A stretch of 64,000 nucleotides of DNA from the NCBI GenBank assembly GCA_001662655.1, contig KV460253.1, one strand, 5' to 3'. Shown here in pieces: positions 63,005 through 64,000 of the stretch; position 1 is the first letter of the stretch; each line of letters opens with the position of its first letter. The stretch is from Pseudogymnoascus verrucosus. Lineage: Eukaryota. Below the pieces are notes generated by a model. It worked only from the letters and a program-made list of their open reading frames with translations. It was not told the DNA's origin and searched no databases. Both the position numbers and the translations under genes were made by a program.

Positions 63005-63846
63005 TCATCGCAGCAGCCCCCCAAGGTCCCTCTCCATCCCCGACACCCGCTCCTCCAGCTCCCTCTTCTTCCTCTCCAACTCCAATATCTCCTCCTCCTC
63101 CAGCCTTATCAATTCATCCGTAATCACCGCATCATCCGCATCATCCCCCTCCTCCTCCTCCTCCGCCACATCCTCATCCAGCCCATCCCCATCCCAATCA
63201 CCCTGCCTATTCATCCTCTCCAGCTCCCTCGTCTGTTTCACAACCTTCTGCTCATAATGCTGTAAACTCGTCTGTATCCTCGCATACCTCGACCGTAGCT
63301 GCGCAATCCTCTCCCTCGCCCCCTCCATCACATACACCTCCCCCAGCTTCTCCGCCCCCCTCAGCAGCACCTCCACATCCAAGTCGCCCTTCTGCACATT
63401 CTCGCTCTTCCGGATCTCCGAATTCAAGTCCGCCCCCAGCACAGCAGCGACCGCTGTATTCCGCCGCGGCGCGCGAGAGGTTGTGGACGCGCTGGAGACG
63501 ACCTCGCCGCCGGCGACGTTGAAGACGGTTTGGCGCCGCGAGGCGGTGCTGGCTGCGGTGGGGTCGGGGTAGATGGAGGAGTCGCGGGGGGGTGGAGGGG
63601 GAACGGAGAAGAGGGCGCGCTCGTGGGGCTCGGTGTCGCGGATCAGAGCTGTGATGTCGTGGGACGCGAGGAGGGCGTTGGTGAAGATTTTGGGTGGGGG
63701 GAATCTAGGGGGAGTGGTTAATAAGGCGGGTCGGTCTTTGGTGTTGGGGAGTTGGGGGGGTGGAGTTGTTTTGGCACGTACGGGAGGGAGGCGATGGATT
63801 GGGCGGATAGGGAGATTTGCTCGAGATGGTTGGAGAGGAACGACAT
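63005..63846 (-). CDS. SPC34: DASH/Dam1 kinetochore complex subunit Spc34. Exons 63846-63782, 63704-63005
   Basis: Spliced MSFLSNHLEQISLSAQSIASLP|FPPPKIFTNALLASHDITALIRDTEPHERALF, followed by a C-terminal coiled coil. Confidence 0.9.
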
Positions 63847-64000
63847 GTTTGTTGAGGGTGAGAGGTGGGAGGTGAGAGTGATACGTGGTTGTGGTGAAGG
63901 GGGGTGTTCCCTGACGGGTCAACAATGGGAAGGTGAGGAAGGTGAGGAGGGAGACGCGGGGCAGTGGACGCGATTTGTTTGCTATCGTGATAATCGGCAA

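Noticed and set aside
63847..64000. N-terminal extension of SPC34 suggested by the 331-aa ORF
   Set aside because: That ORF reads through intron and UTR sequence; the spliced model from ATG 63846 gives the expected Spc34 N-terminus.

Overview
Eukaryotic DNA from a filamentous ascomycete. Introns are short GT-AG with CTAAC/CTGAC branch points; the poly-C/poly-G style suggests a Leotiomycete such as Pseudogymnoascus, which is inference only. I reconstructed exon-intron structures by hand for about 24 protein-coding genes. The left part (1-22 kb) is rich in nitrogen-catabolism genes: amidase, MFS transporter, Zn2Cys6 regulator, arginase, copper amine oxidase and allantoinase, interspersed with RTA1, RPN12 and a 3-exon microprotein. 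The middle (22-50 kb) looks accessory: second Zn2Cys6 factor, PhyH dioxygenase, GH16 glucanase, P450, MARVEL protein, a NACHT-ankyrin NLR-like gene, two kinase-like pseudogenes and degenerate repeats. The right part holds conserved genes (nsdC-like C2H2 factor, AVO2, TAF12, SPC34). Most notable observations: (i) a C-rich to G-rich skew that restarts in each exon; (ii) two perfect 15-bp inverted repeats and a phased CGG repeat upstream of arginase; (iii) an NLR with an extra C-terminal helical domain, head-to-head with a dead kinase; (iv) a diverged ~200-bp non-coding tandem array; (v) a start codon split by an intron. I recognised no tRNA, rRNA, CRISPR array or intact transposon. All family assignments come from motif recognition, not database searches.
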